A stretch of 64,000 bases of DNA from Thermoanaerobaculia bacterium (GCA_036397015.1 DASWJT010000098.1:529-64528); one strand, 5' to 3'. Shown: positions 27,808 through 39,632, numbered from the stretch's first letter. A program made the numbers and translations. Notes: generated from the letters alone by a model not told the origin.

Positions 27808-28609
27808 GGAGATCGCGAGCCGCCGGAACGAGACGCTCAAGGGTATCCGTCGGTTGCGCCGCCGGCAAGGCGATCACGCGTTGCTCGAAGGGCCTCACCT
27901 GCTGCGCGAGGCGGTGGCGGCGGGCCTCCGGCTCGAGAGCGTCCTGCTGTCGGACGAGCTCGCGGCCACGGCCGAAGGCCAGGCGCTCGCCCGCCTCTCC
28001 CCGCGCCCGCCGCTCCTCGTCGCCGCTGGCATCCTCGCCGAGCTCTGCGACGCCGACGCCCCGCGCGGCGTGCTCGCCGTGGCGCGGCTGCCGCGTGGCG
28101 GAGCCGAGACGCTGACGCCCCGCGCCGCCGGCGTGTCGCTCTATGTCGACGGCGTGCAGGACCCGGGCAACCTCGGCGCCTTGGCGCGCGTCGCCGAGGC
28201 CTTCGGGGCCGACTGCCTGGCGCTCGGCCCCGGCTCCTGCCATCCCAACCACCCGCGCGCGCTGCGCGCCTCGGCCGGAAGCCTGCTGCGATTGCCGGCG
28301 GCGGTGCGCGTGGAGCCCGCCGCGCTCGACGAGCGCTGGCACGAGCTCGGCCGTTCACCGCGGTGGGTCGGCCTGGTCGCCCACGGCGGTGCGCCGCTTC
28401 CCGCGCGGCCGCCGACGGAGGCCCTGATCCTGGCGCTCGGCGCCGAGCGCGGCGGGCTCTCGGCGGCGGTCGAGGAGCGCCTCGACGAGGGCTGGACGAT
28501 CCCGCTCGCGGCGCCCGTCGAGTCGCTCAACGTCGCGGTCGCCGCCGGGATTGCGCTCTTCGCGCTCGCCGCGCCGCTCAGCCGGCCGAGTCGCGAATCG
28601 CCGCGCTGA
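27806..28609 (+). CDS. TrmH/SpoU-family RNA 2'-O-methyltransferase (267 aa)
   Basis: The N-terminal substrate-binding-like region is NETLKGIRRL...LLEGPHLLREA. The SpoU motifs are VQDPGNLGALARVAEAFG, LGAERGGLS and IPLAAPVESLNVAVA. Confidence 0.88.
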   Translation: MEIASRRNETLKGIRRLRRRQGDHALLEGPHLLREAVAAGLRLESVLLSDELAATAEGQALARLSPRPPLLVAAGILAELCDADAPRGVLAVARLPRGGAETLTPRAAGVSLYVDGVQDPGNLGALARVAEAFGADCLALGPGSCHPNHPRALRASAGSLLRLPAAVRVEPAALDERWHELGRSPRWVGLVAHGGAPLPARPPTEALILALGAERGGLSAAVEERLDEGWTIPLAAPVESLNVAVAAGIALFALAAPLSRPSRESPR

Positions 28610-29560
28610 GCGCGGGCACGATCTCGTGGAGGTCGCCGACGACGCCGTAGCGCGCGACCTTGAAGATCGGCGCGCTGGGGTCTTTGTTGACCGCCACCAC
28701 GCACCCCGCGGCCTTCATGCCGACCAGGTGCTGAATCGCTCCCGAAATGCCCAGCGCCAGATAGAGCTTCGGGGCCACAGTCTGCCCCGAGGAGCCGATC
28801 TGGCGGTCGCGCGGTAGCCAGCCGCTGTCGATGACCGGCCGGCTGGCCCCGAGCTCGGCCTTGAGGAGCTTGGCGAGCTCCTCGACCGGCGCCAGCTTGT
28901 CGGCGCCGCCGATGCCGCGGCCGACGGCGACGATGATCTCCGCCTTGCCGAGATCGACCGTCTCCGCGCCGGCCTGCTCCACGCCGAGGATCTCGCGATC
29001 GGCCGCGATCGCCGCGAGATCGACCGCGAGAGGCGAGACCGGCGCCGCGCCCTTCTCCCGTTCATCGGCCGGGAAGGCGCCGGACTGCAGCGTGACGAGC
29101 GCCGTCGCCGCGCCGCGCACGCGGACGCGGGCGTGCATCTTGCCGGCCAGGATCGGCCGCTTCCACTCGAGCCCGCCGCCGGCGACCGACGCGAAGCCGA
29201 TGACCTCGGGCACGTGCGCCGCGCCGGCGGCCTGCGCCAGCCGCGGCACGTACTCGCACGACTGATAAGTGTGGGCGAAGAGAACGAACGACGGCGTCTC
29301 GGCCGCGATGCCGGCGGCGAGGGCCATCGCATAGGCGCCGGGAGTGTAGTCGGCGAGCTGCGGCGCGTCGACGGTGCGGACCGCGGCCAGCGCCGATCCG
29401 GCCAGCTCGCCGGCGAGCGCCTCGACCCCCGTACCGAGCACGATCGCCTCGGCGGCGGCACCGACCTCCCGCGCCAGGCGCTGCCCGGCGGCGATCGCCT
29501 CCCACGTCCCGCGATGCATCTTGCCCTCGCGATGCTGCGCGACGATCCAGACCTTGCCCC

Positions 29561-29564
<4 letters not shown>
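28578..29564 (-). CDS. etfA: electron transfer flavoprotein alpha subunit (328 aa)
   Basis: The C-terminal FAD-binding signature is PKLYLALGISGAIQHLVGM. It joins etfB through an ATGA overlap. Confidence 0.93.
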
Positions 29565-30358
<794 letters not shown>

Positions 30359-30480
30359 GCTCGCGACTCCTCCCCGAAGAATGGAACGCAACGTGTCGAC
30401 GGCTGCGGGCGAGGTGCGAGCGTGCCGCGCGTCGCCATGGACACCTCCGCTCGGCGCATGCTACCTTTCCGCGGCCCGGA

Positions 30481-31236
30481 ATGCCCTACCCCACGATGCC
30501 CTCGCCCACCTTCGCAGCGCTCTCGACCGTCGCCGTCGCCCAGGCGGGCGGAATCATGGACGCGTTCGGCCAGGCCGGGCCGATGGCCAAGCTCGTGCTC
30601 GCCGTCCTCGCCGGTTTCTCGGTGATCTCCTGGGCGGTGATGATCTGGAAGTGGCTCCACCTCAAGCGGGCGCGCCGCCAGAGTCGCCAGTTCCTCGACA
30701 TCTTCCGCGCCAGCAAACGCTTCAGCGAAGTGAGCGCCGCGCTGGCGAGAGTCTCGCTCTCCCCTCTCGTCGGGGTCTTCCAGGCCGGCTACGCCGAGAT
30801 CGACGGTCAGATCCGCGCCGTCCCCCAGGAGCCCGGCGCCTCCGCCTCGAAGTACCGCATCCGCTCGCTCGCCGGCGTCGAGCGCTCGCTGCGGCGGGCG
30901 ATCGCCGGCGAAACTCATCTGCTGGCACGCGGCGCCACGTTCCTCGCCACGACCGCGGCGGCGACTCCGTTCATCGGCCTGTTCGGCACCGTCTGGGGCA
31001 TCATGCAGGCGTTCGAGGACATCGGCCGCACCGGCTCGACCTCGCTCGTCGCCGTAGCGCCCGGCATCGCCGAGGCCCTGGTCAACACCGCCGCCGGCCT
31101 CGCCGCCGCGATCCCGGCGCTCGTCGGCTACAACTACTTCGCCAACCAGCTGCGCAGCCAGCGCACGCAGATGGAGGACTTCGCCCTCGAATTCCTCAAT
31201 CTCGCCGAGCGCAATTTCACCGGATGGCCTTCCTGA
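30481..31236 (+). CDS. tolQ: Tol-Pal system protein TolQ (MotA/TolQ/ExbB channel; 251 aa, alternative start 30556)
   Basis: It has three TM segments, including GLFGTVWGIMQAF and the APGIAEALVNTAAGL motif. It is the first gene of a tolQRAB-pal-cpoB cluster. Confidence 0.9.
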   Translation: MPYPTMPSPTFAALSTVAVAQAGGIMDAFGQAGPMAKLVLAVLAGFSVISWAVMIWKWLHLKRARRQSRQFLDIFRASKRFSEVSAALARVSLSPLVGVFQAGYAEIDGQIRAVPQEPGASASKYRIRSLAGVERSLRRAIAGETHLLARGATFLATTAAATPFIGLFGTVWGIMQAFEDIGRTGSTSLVAVAPGIAEALVNTAAGLAAAIPALVGYNYFANQLRSQRTQMEDFALEFLNLAERNFTGWPS

Positions 31237-31658
31237 TCGGCGGCGCGGGCGAGGACGAAGAGGTCCTCGCCGACATCAACGTCACGCCGCTCGTCGACGT
31301 GATGCTGGTGCTGCTCATCATCTTCATGATCTCGGCGCCGATGTTGCATCAGGGGATCGAGGTGGCACTCCCCCGCTCCGCGGCCCCCGCCATCCCGACG
31401 CGCACGAACGATCCGCTCGTGCTCTCGATCAATCGCGACGGCCTCGTCTACGTGCGCGACAAGCCGGTGCACCCCACCCGGCTGATCGAGGTGCTGACGC
31501 CCATGCTGCGCGGACGCGGCGAAGAGACCGTCTTCCTCAAGGGCGACCGCGACGTTGCCTACGGCAAGGTGATCGAGGTGCTCGACCTGCTGCACAAGGG
31601 CGGGATCTCGAAGGTCGGCATGGTCACTGACCGTCCGGACGAGCGCCGGAGCCGATGA
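31224..31658 (+). CDS. tolR: Tol-Pal system protein TolR (ExbD/TolR family, 144 aa)
   Basis: The TM segment ADINVTPLVDVMLVLLIIF carries the conserved Asp. Confidence 0.9.
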   Translation: MAFLIGGAGEDEEVLADINVTPLVDVMLVLLIIFMISAPMLHQGIEVALPRSAAPAIPTRTNDPLVLSINRDGLVYVRDKPVHPTRLIEVLTPMLRGRGEETVFLKGDRDVAYGKVIEVLDLLHKGGISKVGMVTDRPDERRSR

Positions 31659-32386
31659 TCGAGAGCGTCTCGGCGCTGCTCGAGCGGCGCGCCGCGGCGC
31701 CGCTCGACGGCTCGTTCCGACGGGCTGTCGCCGCTGCCGCCGTCCTCCACCTGCTCACCGTGCTCGCCGCCTGGGCCCTCCCGCGCTGGCTCGAGCCGGC
31801 TCCTCCGCCGCTCGAGTACGTCGCTGTCACGATCGTGCCGGCAGCGCGGCTGGGCGTCGAGCCGCCCAAGCCCCCCTCGCCGAAGCCGGCGCCGGAGCCG
31901 AAGAAAATCGAGCCGGAGCCGGCGCCGAAGAGCGAGTCGGCGCCGGTGCTGCCGGTGGCCACGCCGAAGAAAGAGGAGCCCAAGCCGGCACCGCGCGCCG
32001 CCGAGCCGCAGCGAGAGTCCGCCGCTGCGGCCGCCACGCCGGAGGAGCAAGGCATTGCGGGCGGCGCACTCTCCGGCCTGGCGCTCGGCGCACCGGTTGC
32101 GCGCCTCGACAACCCCGACTTCACCTACGGCTACTACGTCGATCAGATGCTGGCGCTGATCTCCCGCAACTGGGTGCGGCCGCCTGTCGGCGGCGGCATC
32201 GAGGTCTGGGTCCACTACCGCATCGAGCGCGACGGGAAAGTGACCGGGATCGAAATCATCCGCTCCTCGGGAATCAACAGCTTCGACCTCGCCGCGCTGC
32301 GTGCCGTGCAGTCCTCTTCGCCGCTTCCGCCCCTGCCGCGCGCCTATCGCGAGAGCTCGCTCGGCGTGAACCTCATCGTCCGTTGA
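31655..32386 (+). CDS. tolA: TolA/TonB-like energy transducer (243 aa)
   Basis: It has an N-terminal TM helix, a Pro/Lys/Glu-rich spacer (PKPPSPKPAPEPKKIEPEP) and a TonB_C-like domain. It joins tolR through an ATGA overlap. Confidence 0.8.
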   Translation: MIESVSALLERRAAAPLDGSFRRAVAAAAVLHLLTVLAAWALPRWLEPAPPPLEYVAVTIVPAARLGVEPPKPPSPKPAPEPKKIEPEPAPKSESAPVLPVATPKKEEPKPAPRAAEPQRESAAAAATPEEQGIAGGALSGLALGAPVARLDNPDFTYGYYVDQMLALISRNWVRPPVGGGIEVWVHYRIERDGKVTGIEIIRSSGINSFDLAALRAVQSSSPLPPLPRAYRESSLGVNLIVR

Positions 32387-32400
32387 AGGAGACGCCGTCC

Positions 32401-33753
32401 ATGAGACGCCACCTCGCCGCCACGCTGCTCGCCACGCTCGGCGTGGCCGGTCTCGACGCGCAGAGCCCGCCGGCGGAGACGACGGCACCCCCACCGCCCG
32501 CCCCGCAGGGCATCACCGTTGTGCTCGACCGCGGCAGCCAAGTCGCCATCGTCGGCCTCGCCTTCCCCGCCACGCCGGGCCTCTCCGTGCTGCCGGGCAG
32601 CGCCGCCAACGCCGGGCGCGAGCTCGAGCGCACGCTGCGCAACGACCTCGAGCGCAGCGGCATCTTCGACGTGCTCGGCCCCGAGGAGCTCTCCGTGCTG
32701 ACGCTCTCCGGCGACCTCGAGCGCGACGCCGAGCAGTACCGCTCGCTCGGCGCCTCGATGCTGCTGCAGAACGAGATCAAGCTCGAGGGCGACCGCCTGG
32801 TGCTGGAAGGCCGGCTCGTCGACCTCGCCAGCCGCCAGACGATCGTCGGCAAGCGCTACCGCGGCACCTTCGACCTGGCGCGGCGCATCGCGCACACCTT
32901 CGCCGACGAGATCGTCCTCTTCCTCACCTCCAAGCGCGGCATCGCCCTGACGTCGATCGCCTTCTACTCCGATCGCGACGGCTTCAAGGAGATCTTCGTC
33001 ATGGACTACGACGGCTACGACCAGCGGCGGCTGACGGCCCACAAGTCGATCTCGATGAGCCCGTCGTGGAGCGGCCAGGGCGACGCCGTCGCCTACGTGT
33101 CGTTCTTCGCCGAGCGCGGCCCCGCGGTCTACCTCGCCGACGTGGCGAGCGGGCGCAAGAACCCGGTCGTCACCGACGGCACGCTCAACGCCTCGCCGTC
33201 CTTCTCGCCCGACGGCCGGCGCATCGCATTCGCGCGCGCCCTGGGCGCCAACATCGAGATCTTCGTCTGCAGCCGCGACGGCTCGGACGTGCGGCGGCTG
33301 ACCAACTCCGGCGGCATCGACACCAATCCGGCGTGGAGCCCGTCGGGACGCGAGATCGCTTTCACCTCGAGCCGCTCCGGATCGCCGCAGCTCTACGCCA
33401 TGGAGGCGGAGGGCTCGAACTTGCGCCGCGTCACCTTCGCGGGCGAGTACAACGACGGCGCGAGCTGGAGCCCCGACGGCACGCGCCTCGCCTACGCCAC
33501 CCGCAGCGAGCGCAACCGCTTCGACCTTGCCCTCGTCGACCTCGTCTCGCTCGCCGCGCGCCGGCTGACCTCCGGCGGCGGCTCGAACGAGGCGCCGAGC
33601 TTCTCGCCCGACGGGCGCCGCCTCGCCTTCACCTCGACGCGCGCCGGCGGCACCCAGATCTTCGCCTTGAACGTCGCCGACGGCGGCGACGTCGAGCAGC
33701 TCACCAGCGCGGGGAGCAACTGGGCGCCGGACTGGTCCGGATACCTGAAGTAG
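32401..33753 (+). CDS. tolB: Tol-Pal system beta-propeller protein TolB (450 aa)
   Basis: A signal peptide and TolB N-domain are followed by repeated PD40 blades (SPSWS, SFSPDG, NPAWSPSG, SWSPDG, PSFSPDG). An AAGGAG SD precedes ATG 32401. Confidence 0.93.
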   Translation: MRRHLAATLLATLGVAGLDAQSPPAETTAPPPPAPQGITVVLDRGSQVAIVGLAFPATPGLSVLPGSAANAGRELERTLRNDLERSGIFDVLGPEELSVLTLSGDLERDAEQYRSLGASMLLQNEIKLEGDRLVLEGRLVDLASRQTIVGKRYRGTFDLARRIAHTFADEIVLFLTSKRGIALTSIAFYSDRDGFKEIFVMDYDGYDQRRLTAHKSISMSPSWSGQGDAVAYVSFFAERGPAVYLADVASGRKNPVVTDGTLNASPSFSPDGRRIAFARALGANIEIFVCSRDGSDVRRLTNSGGIDTNPAWSPSGREIAFTSSRSGSPQLYAMEAEGSNLRRVTFAGEYNDGASWSPDGTRLAYATRSERNRFDLALVDLVSLAARRLTSGGGSNEAPSFSPDGRRLAFTSTRAGGTQIFALNVADGGDVEQLTSAGSNWAPDWSGYLK

Positions 33754-33848
33754 TCCCGGTCCGGCCATTGCTTGCCCAGCTCGCGTCTGCTAGCTTCGCC
33801 GCGGCCCCGGTCGACGACCGGGGCGAGCAACAGGCCAAGGAGAGCCCC

Positions 33849-34424
33849 ATGACGCGCTATCGGACGACGCTCGCGATCGCCACCCTCGCCCTCGCTTTGC
33901 TGACGCCGGCCTGCCGGAAGAAGAAGCCCGAGGCGCCGCCGCCGATTCCGCCGCCCGCGGTCCAGCCGGGGCAGCCGACTACCGACGTGACGCCGCGCAC
34001 GCAGGGCGAGGCGGTGGACCGGACTCCCGATCCGCTGGCTGGCGACATCGTCGCGGTCAACGAGTACGTGACGCGCAACGGGCTGCTCGGCGACGTCTTC
34101 TTCGCGTTCGACAAGGCCGACCTGAGCGAGGAATCGCGTTCGCGCCTGTCGCGCAACGCCGACTGGCTGCGCGCCCATCCCGAGTTCCAGGTGCGCATCG
34201 AGGGGCACTGCGACGAGCGCGGCACCAACGAGTACAACCTGGCACTCGGCGAGCGTCGCGCCGCAGCCGCTCGCGACTATCTCGCCTCCCTCGGCGTCGG
34301 CGCGGGCAGCCTGACTACGCTCAGCTACGGCGAGGAGCGGCCGCAGTGCACCGAATCGAGCGAGGGCTGCTGGGCGCGCAACCGCCGGGCGCACTTCCTC
34401 ATCACCGGCCGAGCCGCGCGCTGA
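33849..34424 (+). CDS. pal: peptidoglycan-associated lipoprotein Pal (OmpA-like, 191 aa)
   Basis: The lipobox is LLTPAC. The OmpA_C motifs are VFFAFDKADL, EGHCDERGTNEYNLALGERRA and NRRAHF. Confidence 0.93.
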   Translation: MTRYRTTLAIATLALALLTPACRKKKPEAPPPIPPPAVQPGQPTTDVTPRTQGEAVDRTPDPLAGDIVAVNEYVTRNGLLGDVFFAFDKADLSEESRSRLSRNADWLRAHPEFQVRIEGHCDERGTNEYNLALGERRAAAARDYLASLGVGAGSLTTLSYGEERPQCTESSEGCWARNRRAHFLITGRAAR

Positions 34425-34438
34425 GCCCGCAGCTCCGC

Positions 34439-35257
34439 ATGACGTCGTCGTTTGCGCAGCGCGCCGCGGCCGCCCTCGTGGCGGCCGCCCTCTCCGGTTG
34501 TGTCTCGTCGAGCGACATCGACTCCCTGAGCGGTCAGCTCGCCGAGCTCCAGCGCCAGGTCTCCTACCTCCAGCTGCAGGGCTCGAGCAAGCAAGAGGTG
34601 GCCGAGCTGCAGGCGACCATCCAGCAGCAGACCGAGAGGCTGCTCAAGACCGAGGCCGACATGCGCGTCGACCTGGGCAGCCTCACCGGCCAGATCGGTC
34701 AGCTGCAAGGGCAGCTCGAGGACACCAACTACCGCCTGTCGCAGCTCTCGCAACAGATCGCGGCGGCGAGCCTGGATCTGAAGGCCGTGCGCAGCGCCAC
34801 CGCGCCGCAGCTCGAGGCGGGCAGCCCGACGCCCGGCGGACAGGCGCCGGCGGCCGGAGCGGCCGATCCCGAGAGCCTCTACCAGACCGCTTACAGCGAT
34901 TATCTGCGCGGCGCCTACGATCTGGCGCTGCTCGGCTTCCGCCAGTACCTCGACAGCTTCCCGGAGACCGACCTCGCCGACAACGCCGTCTACTGGATCG
35001 GCGAGTGCTACTACCGCCAGCAGAGGTATCGCGAAGCGATCCTCGAGTACGAACGCGTGCTGCAGAACTGGCCGCGCAGCGACAAGACTGCCAGCGCCCT
35101 GCTCAAGAAGGGGTACGCGCAGATCGAATCGGGCAACCGCGGCGACGGCGTCGCCGGGCTCGAGCGCGTGATCCAGACCTTCCCCAACTCCGACGAGGCC
35201 AACCTGGCGCGCCAGAAGCTGCAGGGCCTCGGAGTTGATTCTCGCCGCCAGCGCTAG
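34439..35257 (+). CDS. cpoB: Tol-Pal system protein CpoB/YbgF (272 aa)
   Basis: A lipoprotein-like signal (AALSGC) and an N-terminal coiled coil are followed by a C-terminal TPR domain (YWIGECYYRQQRYREAI...LKKGYAQ). Confidence 0.85.
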   Translation: MTSSFAQRAAAALVAAALSGCVSSSDIDSLSGQLAELQRQVSYLQLQGSSKQEVAELQATIQQQTERLLKTEADMRVDLGSLTGQIGQLQGQLEDTNYRLSQLSQQIAAASLDLKAVRSATAPQLEAGSPTPGGQAPAAGAADPESLYQTAYSDYLRGAYDLALLGFRQYLDSFPETDLADNAVYWIGECYYRQQRYREAILEYERVLQNWPRSDKTASALLKKGYAQIESGNRGDGVAGLERVIQTFPNSDEANLARQKLQGLGVDSRRQR

Positions 35258-35323
35258 TAGAGTCGCGCCGTTCCCAGCGCTCCCGCGCGCGCTCAAACTC
35301 CCCCGAGAGAAGGCTCACGAACC

Positions 35324-35587
35324 ATGGCCAACAAGAAGTCCGCGCGCAAGCGCGCCGTGAAGTCCCTGGAGCTCAAGCAGAAGAATCGCGCCGCGCGCTC
35401 GCGCATGCGCTCCGCCGTCAAGGCCGCCCGCCAGTCGATCGCCCAGGGCGGAGAGGCGACTGCGGCCGCGGTGGCGCGCGCCGTCGCCGTGATCGACGCC
35501 ACGGCCCAGAAGGGCGTCGTCCACCGCAACACCGCCGCCCGCTCGAAGTCCCGCCTGATGCGCGCGGCCAACGCGGCGAAGGGCTGA
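35324..35587 (+). CDS. rpsT: 30S ribosomal protein S20 (87 aa)
   Basis: The N-terminus reads MANKKSARKRAVKSLELKQKNRAARSRMRS, a classic S20 N-terminus. Confidence 0.95.
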   Translation: MANKKSARKRAVKSLELKQKNRAARSRMRSAVKAARQSIAQGGEATAAAVARAVAVIDATAQKGVVHRNTAARSKSRLMRAANAAKG

Positions 35588-35620
35588 GCCCGTCGCGCCG
35601 CGGCGCGGCCTCCGCCGTCT

Positions 35621-36139
35621 CTAGAAGCCTTCCAGCAGGTCGGCCACCATGGTCTCGGCGAACTTCTTCGCCGTCGCCTCGATCGCCGGCGTCTCGCGGT
35701 CGAGAAAGCCGAGCTCCGAAGCCTCGAGCCGATAGCTGTCGCGGAACTGGTAGCGGTCGCTCTGCCAGAGCACGACCTCGTCGGCGACCTTCACCAGCTT
35801 GACCGCGGCGGTGATCGAGATCTCGTATTCGGTCGCCCGGCGGTCGCTGTCGAAGGTCACCGGCCGGACCTCGAACCCGGTTACCGTGCCGCTCAGGGTC
35901 GCGTCGCTGCCCTCGCCCGAAGCGGCGATGGTGAAACGCTGCCGCGTCACCAGCTCGTCGGTCAGGGCGCGGGTGAGGATCTGGTCGACGTTGACTCGCG
36001 CGGTCGCGTTCTCCAGCGGCTGGAGGAAGACGACTTTCACGTCGGGCGGGATGTTCGATGCCCGGCCGACCAGCGCATAGCCGCAAGCCGTCGCCAGCAT
36101 GGCGGCGACCAGCACGAGAGTTGCTGCCCAGGGGCGCAT
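35621..36139 (-). CDS. lptE: LPS-assembly lipoprotein LptE-like (172 aa)
   Basis: The lipobox is MLATAC. The size fits LptE and the position immediately downstream of leuS is canonical. It is coupled to leuS by an ATGA overlap. Confidence 0.7.
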   Translation of the reverse strand: MRPWAATLVLVAAMLATACGYALVGRASNIPPDVKVVFLQPLENATARVNVDQILTRALTDELVTRQRFTIAASGEGSDATLSGTVTGFEVRPVTFDSDRRATEYEISITAAVKLVKVADEVVLWQSDRYQFRDSYRLEASELGFLDRETPAIEATAKKFAETMVADLLEGF

Positions 36140-38616
36140 CAGGCGCTCTCCTTTCGCGTCACCACGTTGACCAACCTCCCCGGCACGACGACCGTGCGCG
36201 CCACCTCGCGCCCGCCCACGTGCTCGCGCACCTTCGGGCTGGCGAGCGCCTGGGCGCGGACGTCGCCCTCGTCGGCGTCGGCGTCGACTTCGACGCGGTC
36301 GCGCAGCTTGCCGTCGACCTGGACGACGAGCGTGACGCGCTCGCGCCGGAGCTTGCTCTCGTCCGCCTCCGGCCAGTCGCTCTCGAGCAGCGTCGTCACG
36401 TGTCCGCGCCGCTCCCAGAGCTCCTCGGTCAGGTGCGGCGCAATCGGGTGCAGCAGCTGCACCATGGCGTCGAGCGCGGCCTCGCAACAGAGGCGCGAGG
36501 CCGTCTTCTCGTCGACCGCGCGCGTCAGGGCGTTGAGCAGCTCCATCAGCGCCGCCACCGCGGTGTGGAACTTGAAGCGCTCGAAATCGCGCGTCACGCG
36601 CTGGATGGTGGCGTGCGTCAGGCGCTCGAGCTCGGCGTCGGAGGGCGCCGTCGGCGGGCAATCCCCCACCCGCTCGGCGACGCGCCACAGCCGCTGCAGG
36701 AAGCGATGGGCGCCGTTGACGGCCTCGTCGTTCCACTCCACCTCTTCCTCCGCAGGCCCCAGGAAGAGGGTGTAGACGCGCTCGGTGTCGGCGCCCATTT
36801 CGTCGATGAGTTCATCGGGCGAGACGGTGTTGCCCTTCGACTTCGACATCTTCTCGATGCGGCCGGTCTGCTCGGCGAAGCGGGTGATCATGCCCTGGTT
36901 GAAGAGGTTGGCGAACGGCTCCTCGAAATCGACGAGGCCGAATTCGCGCAGCACCCGGCAGACGAAGCGGGCGTAGAGCAGGTGCAGGATGGCGTGCTCG
37001 ATGCCGCCGATGTACTGGTCGACCGGCGCCCAGCGATTGGCGAGCTCGGAATCGAAGATGCGGCCCGAGTCGCGCGCCGACAGGTAGCGCAGGTAGTACC
37101 AGGAGCTGTCGACGAAGGTATCCATGGTGTCGGTCTCGCGCCGCGCCGCGCTGCCGCAGCGCGGACAACGGGCGGCGACGAAGCCGGCGTGACGGGCGAG
37201 CGGATTGCCCTCGCGGCCGGTGAACTCGACGTCGACCGGCAGCTCGACCGGCAGCTCGGAGTCGGGCACCGGCACGATGCCGCAGCCGTCGCAGTAGACG
37301 ACCGGGATCGGCGTCCCCCAGTAGCGCTGGCGCGAGATCAGCCAGTCGCGCAGGCGATAGGTCACCTTGCCGCGGCCGGTGCCCTCCGCCTCGAGCCAGG
37401 CGACGAACTTTCGCACCGTCTCGGCGTCCGGCGGCAGGCCGTCGAAGCGGCCGGTGCCGCGGATCGTGCCGGCGTGCGGAATCGCCGTCGTCATCGTCGC
37501 GGCGTCCGGGGCGTCGCTCTGCGGCACGTAGACGAGCCGCACCGCCAGGCCCTGTCGGCGCGCGAATTCGAGATCGCGCTGGTCGTGCGCCGGGACGCCC
37601 ATGATCGCCCCGGTGCCGTAGTCGGGCAGCACGTAGTCGGCGAGCCAGATCGGGATCGGCTCGCCGGTCGCCGGATTGAGCGCCGCGGCGCCGGTGTCGC
37701 GGCCCTCCTTGGCTCCGCTCTCGCCCTCGCGCTCGAGGCGCGACTTGCGTCGCACGTGCTCGATCCAGGCCGTCGTCTCGTCGCGGCGCGGGCTGCCGGC
37801 GAGGAGCTCGGCGACGAGCGGATGCTCGGGCGCGAGCACCAGGAAGGTGGCGCCGTGCAGCGTGTCCGGCCGCGTCGTGAAGACGGTGATCCGGCGCTGT
37901 GCGCCCACCACCTCGAAGTCGATCTCGGCGCCGTCCGAGCGCCCGATCCAGTTGCGCTGCATGAGCTTGACGCGCTCCGGCCAGCCGTCGAGCCGGTCGA
38001 GGCCGGTGAGCAGGCTCTCGGCGTGGTCGGTGATGCGCAGGAACCATTGCTCGAGGTCCTTCGGCTCCACTGTCGTGCCGCAGCGCTCGCAGGCGCCTTC
38101 GATCACCTGCTCGTTGGCGAGCACCGTCTGGCAGCTCGGGCACCAGTTGACCGGGGCCCGCTTCTTGTAGGCGAGCCCTCTCTCCAGCATGCGCAGGAAG
38201 AGCCACTGGTTCCACCGGTAGTACTCGGGTAGACAGGAGGCGATCTCCTTCGACCAGTCGTAGAGGATGCCCCAGCGCCGAAACTGCCTCTTCATCACGC
38301 GGATGTTCTCGAGCGTCCACTCGCGCGGGTGCACGCCGCGCTGGATCGCCGCGTTCTCGGCCGGCAGGCCGAAGGCGTCCCAGCCCATCGGATTGAGCGC
38401 GCGCTTGCCGCGCATGCGCAGGTAGCGGTAGAGGGCGTCGCCGAGGATGTAGTTGCGCCCGTGCCCGACGTGCAGGCGGTCGCCCGACGGGTAGGGGAAC
38501 ATCATCAGCATGTAGTACTTCTGCTTGGCTGACCGGAGATCGACCTCGGCCACGCGCGCCCGCTCCCAGCGGTCCTGCCACTTGGGCTCGATCGCCTTTG
38601 GATCGTAGTGGCTCAT
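36139..38616 (-). CDS. leuS: leucine-tRNA ligase (825 aa)
   Basis: The N-terminus is [17 protein letters not shown], the HIGH motif is HVGH and the KMSKS motif is KMSKSKGN. The upstream part of the 1162-aa ORF belongs to the adjacent gene in another frame or is junk. Confidence 0.97.
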   Translation of the reverse strand: MSHYDPKAIEPKWQDRWERARVAEVDLRSAKQKYYMLMMFPYPSGDRLHVGHGRNYILGDALYRYLRMRGKRALNPMGWDAFGLPAENAAIQRGVHPREWTLENIRVMKRQFRRWGILYDWSKEIASCLPEYYRWNQWLFLRMLERGLAYKKRAPVNWCPSCQTVLANEQVIEGACERCGTTVEPKDLEQWFLRITDHAESLLTGLDRLDGWPERVKLMQRNWIGRSDGAEIDFEVVGAQRRITVFTTRPDTLHGATFLVLAPEHPLVAELLAGSPRRDETTAWIEHVRRKSRLEREGESGAKEGRDTGAAALNPATGEPIPIWLADYVLPDYGTGAIMGVPAHDQRDLEFARRQGLAVRLVYVPQSDAPDAATMTTAIPHAGTIRGTGRFDGLPPDAETVRKFVAWLEAEGTGRGKVTYRLRDWLISRQRYWGTPIPVVYCDGCGIVPVPDSELPVELPVDVEFTGREGNPLARHAGFVAARCPRCGSAARRETDTMDTFVDSSWYYLRYLSARDSGRIFDSELANRWAPVDQYIGGIEHAILHLLYARFVCRVLREFGLVDFEEPFANLFNQGMITRFAEQTGRIEKMSKSKGNTVSPDELIDEMGADTERVYTLFLGPAEEEVEWNDEAVNGAHRFLQRLWRVAERVGDCPPTAPSDAELERLTHATIQRVTRDFERFKFHTAVAALMELLNALTRAVDEKTASRLCCEAALDAMVQLLHPIAPHLTEELWERRGHVTTLLESDWPEADESKLRRERVTLVVQVDGKLRDRVEVDADADEGDVRAQALASPKVREHVGGREVARTVVVPGRLVNVVTRKESA

Positions 38617-39632
38617 CTGCCCCCTCCCGCCGCGCCCCCGCCACGCTGCGATGGAATCACCAGCTCGGCGAGAACCGGCGCGCGGAAGGTGAGGCTCTTC
38701 CACGCCGCCAGCTCCCCGCCGTCCAGGACCCGCAGCTCGTAGCGGCCGTTCGGCAGCCCGAGAAAGCGCGCCTCGCCACCGACGATCGGCTGGCGGCGCC
38801 GGACGCCCGTGCCGACGAGCGTCGCCTCGCCGCGGCGCCCGGCGGCGAAGCGCAAGACGAGCGCCGCCGCCGACCGCACGGTGTCGTTCGCCCGCACGCG
38901 CACACCGGCCGGCGCCGCCGGCGCGAGGTCGATCGCCGCCGTCCCGTCCCGGCGCTCGAGCAGCCGGCCCGGCGCCGGCGCCACCTCGAGCGATTCCGCC
39001 GCCAGCCGCAGGTAGGTCGCGGGCACGAAGTGCTGGCTGGCGAGCGGGTCGCTGTAGACCCAGCCGCGATCCGGATAGCGCACCTCGATCCAGCGGTGAA
39101 AGCCCGGCCGCACGTCGGCGGTGCCGGGTGCGCTGGCGTAGACGTAGCCGGGCACTTCGCGCGCTTCGATGCCTACCGCCGCGAGCAGGGCCACCGCCAG
39201 CCGTGCCGTGCCCGCGCAATAGGCCGAGCGACGGCGCAGCACCGACTCGGCGTCCTGCGGCAGGCTGCGATCGAGGTCGTAGTCGATCTCCTGCCGCACC
39301 CAGGTGAGGATGCGCGTGACCGCGTCGTAGACGGTGCGCGCGCCGCGCACCTGCCGCCGCGCGATCTGCTCGACCTCGCCGCCGCCAGTCACCGGCGGGA
39401 GCGCGAGAGACGCGCTGCTCGCCAGCGGCGAGAGGTCGACACGGATCTCCACGCCGCCTTCGCCGTAAGCGACCTCGTAGCCCACGTTCGCGTACTCGGC
39501 GACCGCGGCCGCGGTCGGCGGCAGCACGCGCGTCTGGTCGCCGCCGGAGACGACGACGCCGGGCGCGGCAGTCGCCTCGCCGGCCCCGGCGGCGGCGAGC
39601 GCGAGCGCCAGAACGATCCGCCGACACCTCAC
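38613..39632 (-). CDS. secreted transglutaminase-like cysteine protease-fold protein with C-terminal beta-sandwich (339 aa)
   Basis: A signal peptide ([15 protein letters not shown]) is present. The Cys-His-Asp triad context is [22 protein letters not shown]. The C-terminus is CarboxypepD_reg-like ([17 protein letters not shown]). It has 4-nt overlaps with nusB (GTGA) and leuS (ATGA). Confidence 0.75.
   Translation of the reverse strand: MRCRRIVLALALAAAGAGEATAAPGVVVSGGDQTRVLPPTAAAVAEYANVGYEVAYGEGGVEIRVDLSPLASSASLALPPVTGGGEVEQIARRQVRGARTVYDAVTRILTWVRQEIDYDLDRSLPQDAESVLRRRSAYCAGTARLAVALLAAVGIEAREVPGYVYASAPGTADVRPGFHRWIEVRYPDRGWVYSDPLASQHFVPATYLRLAAESLEVAPAPGRLLERRDGTAAIDLAPAAPAGVRVRANDTVRSAAALVLRFAAGRRGEATLVGTGVRRRQPIVGGEARFLGLPNGRYELRVLDGGELAAWKSLTFRAPVLAELVIPSQRGGGAAGGGR

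Noticed and set aside
35595-35606. The palindrome GCGCCGCGGCGC between rpsT and lptE as a terminator.
   Set aside because: It is a loop-less GC palindrome without a T tract, so there is not enough structure to call an intrinsic terminator.
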